DNA of 64,000 bases from Malacoraja senta. Its lineage: Eukaryota. Shown here in pieces: positions 61,601-64,000 of the stretch. Position 1 is the first letter of the stretch. Every line of letters starts with the position of its first letter. The notes under the pieces were generated by a model. The model was not told the DNA's origin, did no database searches, and saw only the letters and a list, made by a program, of their open reading frames with translations. The DNA lies in contig JAXLNO010000446.1 in NCBI GenBank assembly GCA_038087875.1, positions 1 to 64,000 of the forward strand, given 5' to 3'. The position numbers and the translations under genes were made by a program.

Positions 61601-64000
61601 ATATCAGCAATGTTTGTGGTTACGGCAACAAATTACAGCCAAGCTTCAACTCATTTTGGATGGAATGTTGTTTTCTGCCTTTTCAATGAATCTTCTCAAT
61701 GTCATTGATGGTCAAGGATCATGGGGCAATGAAGTCAGGCATGAGAAGTGGAAGGAGATTTCAATGATGGCCTGTTAGTATCTGCTCACATTACATGGTT
61801 CAACCTAATGATGAGTGCCGTGCGGGAACATTCTGCTTTCATCTCTTGCTGCAGTCGTCCTTTGTTGAGTCAAACATGCGCCCTGCTGAATTCATGGCAT
61901 AGTTTTGATGAAAACAAGCTGGATGCAAATTCACCGTGACAGCATGAAACTGAACCAGAACAAGTAGCCTTCAAGGCTGGCTGACTGCCCTACAATTCCA
62001 TGCCCCCCACCCGCTGGCGGTGACTGACAAGGGGCACTCACACCCTCCTGTGCAGCAACAGAGGGAGGTGAACACTTCACCAGTGAGACTCGTTGTTCAG
62101 CTTTATTGTCACGTGTACAGAGGTGCAGTGAAGAGCTTTGTTTTGCAATCTATCCAATCTGATCAGATAATACTACACATAAATACAATCAAGTTAAACT
62201 CAAGTACAATAGTTTAGACAATAGACAATTGGTGCAGGAGTAGGCCATTCGGCCCTTCAAGCCAGCACCACCATTCAATGTGATCATGGCTTTAGTTTAA
62301 TATAGACACAACATGCTGGAGTAATTCAGCGGGACAGGCAGCATCTCTGGAGAGAAGGAATGGGTGATGTTTCAGACTCAGTCTGAAGAAGGGTCACAAC
62401 CTGAAACGTCACCCATTCTTTCTCTCCAGAGAAGCAGCCTGTCCCGCTGAGTTACTCCAGCATTTTGTGTCTATCTTTGGTGTAAACCAGCATCTGCAGT
62501 TCATTCCGACACAATAGTTTAGTTTAGTTTAGTTTATTGTCACGTGTACCGAGGTACAGTGTAAAGGGCCTGTCCCACATGGCGATGTTTTCGGCGACTG
62601 CCGGCGTCATATCAGTGTCGCCAAAAGATTTTGAACATTTCAATATCCAGCGGCAAATAAATAAAAATGTTGCAACACTTGAAAAACACCGCGCTTCATA
62701 CGTCATCACGCTGAGTAACGCCGCAACACGCCGCAAATATTGAAGTGACCTGATATGTCAGTCAAAGAAGATGGCAGTCGCCGAAAAAATCACCAAGTGG
62801 GACAGGCCCTTAAAGATTTTTGTTAAGTGCGATCGAGTCAAGGGAAAGACTATACATGATTACAATCGAGCCGTCCACAGTTGGTGGAGCAAAGGGGAAG
62901 ATACAGAGTGTAGAATATAGTTCCCAGCATTGTAGCGCATCAGTTCCACAGACAAAGTCCAATGTCCGCAATGGGGTCGAGGAGAATCGGACAGTACCCT
63001 AGCTTATGGAAGGGCCGTTCAGAAGCCTGATAACAGAGGGGAAGAAGCTGTTCCAGAGTCTGGTGGTGCGAGCTTTCAAGCTTCTGTACCTTCTGCCGGA
63101 CGGGAGCGAGGAGAAGAAGGAATGACCGGGGTGGGACAAGTCTTTGATGATGTCGGCTGAAAGCCTGTCTCACAAAATGACTGACTTAGGTGGCTGTCCT
63201 GTTCTGCAAAAACCGAGAAATAATTTGGAATAAGACAGTGTCTGGCATCAAAACCATGGGCTTGTGTTGGTGAAAGATTAGACTAGAAGGAATTTGACAT
63301 TAAACATTTCAGGTGCAAAAATATTGCAGCTTTGCAAAGTTGATAAATCTCTCCCGAACTGAAACCTTTGTCCTGTCATCTATACCCAACCCCCACGCCT
63401 CCCAACCAAGTCCCTTTGTTTTGACGGAACTCCTTTCTACCCGAGCCTTTACTCAAACCTATCTCTCTTACAGTTTTCTGTGTCATTTGCAGTTGGCCTC
63501 TAAGCAACAGAATTGTCACAGAGAACACCTGGAGTTGGGATCTGGCGTAGTTCTGATCGACAAACCTCCGTCTCACTCACAAACCAACGTGTCAACATCT
63601 TGTGTCAGCCTGGACCACTCGCCGGCTCAGGAATTCACTCTTTTGTTAGCTTTGTAAGTGAGAGAAGAAAAGAGAAATACATTCAAAGGCACACGTTGCT
63701 GACTGAGACCGCTACAAAAGTCAGCGTTAATCAGGTTTGCACTATCAGAATTAGTTTTAGTTTTAGAGAAACAGGCCCTTCAGCAAACCGAGACCGCGCC
63801 AACCAGCGATCCCCGCACGCTAACACTACCCGACACAAACCAGGGACAATTTACACTTACACCAAGCCAATTAACCTACAAACCTGCACGTCTTTGGAGT
63901 GTGGGAGGAAACGGAAGATCCCGGAGAAAACCCACGCAGGTCAGGGGGAGAACGTACAAACTCCGTACAGACAGCACCCGTAGTCGGAAGCGAACCCGCG

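Larger units (their letters stand above)
40491..64000 (-). repeat. Right arm of giant inverted duplication (truncated by window end)
   Basis: Collinear reverse-complement match to 35085->2590. It is shorter than the left arm because it lacks left 9581-13515 and ~19652-24289. Confidence 0.97.

Overview
Repeat-saturated vertebrate genomic DNA with no recognisable host gene. The HE1/V-SINE-type SINEs, CR1 LINEs and Rex1- and Penelope-derived repeats point to a cartilaginous fish, probably a skate or ray (inference). The dominant structure is a very large inverted duplication. About 2590-35085 is mirrored by 40491-64000 and probably runs on past the window end. The arms are separated by a 5.2-kb unmirrored spacer and a 200-N gap. 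The right arm starts exactly at the gap, so an uncollapsed haplotype scaffolded in reverse is as plausible as a real palindrome. Aligning the arms by eye shows arm-specific events: a nested 3.9-kb CR1, two L2-like tail insertions, a fold-back element, a 4.6-kb microhomology deletion, a 122-bp templated inverted insertion and array-length changes. Point divergence appears concentrated in repeats. The best candidate for an undescribed system is a family of 130-220-bp Penelope-derived elements. They carry a minimal hammerhead-ribozyme motif (CTGAAGA-hairpin-GAAACGT[C/T]), insert with 10-15-bp TSDs, often form fold-backs and seed 66-bp tandem arrays. The window also holds a 5'-deleted Ty3/Gypsy element with a 5-bp TSD, near-full-length CR1s (ZnF/esterase ORF1, APE-RT ORF2), a PIF/Harbinger-like MITE and a TGTACA-based minisatellite.
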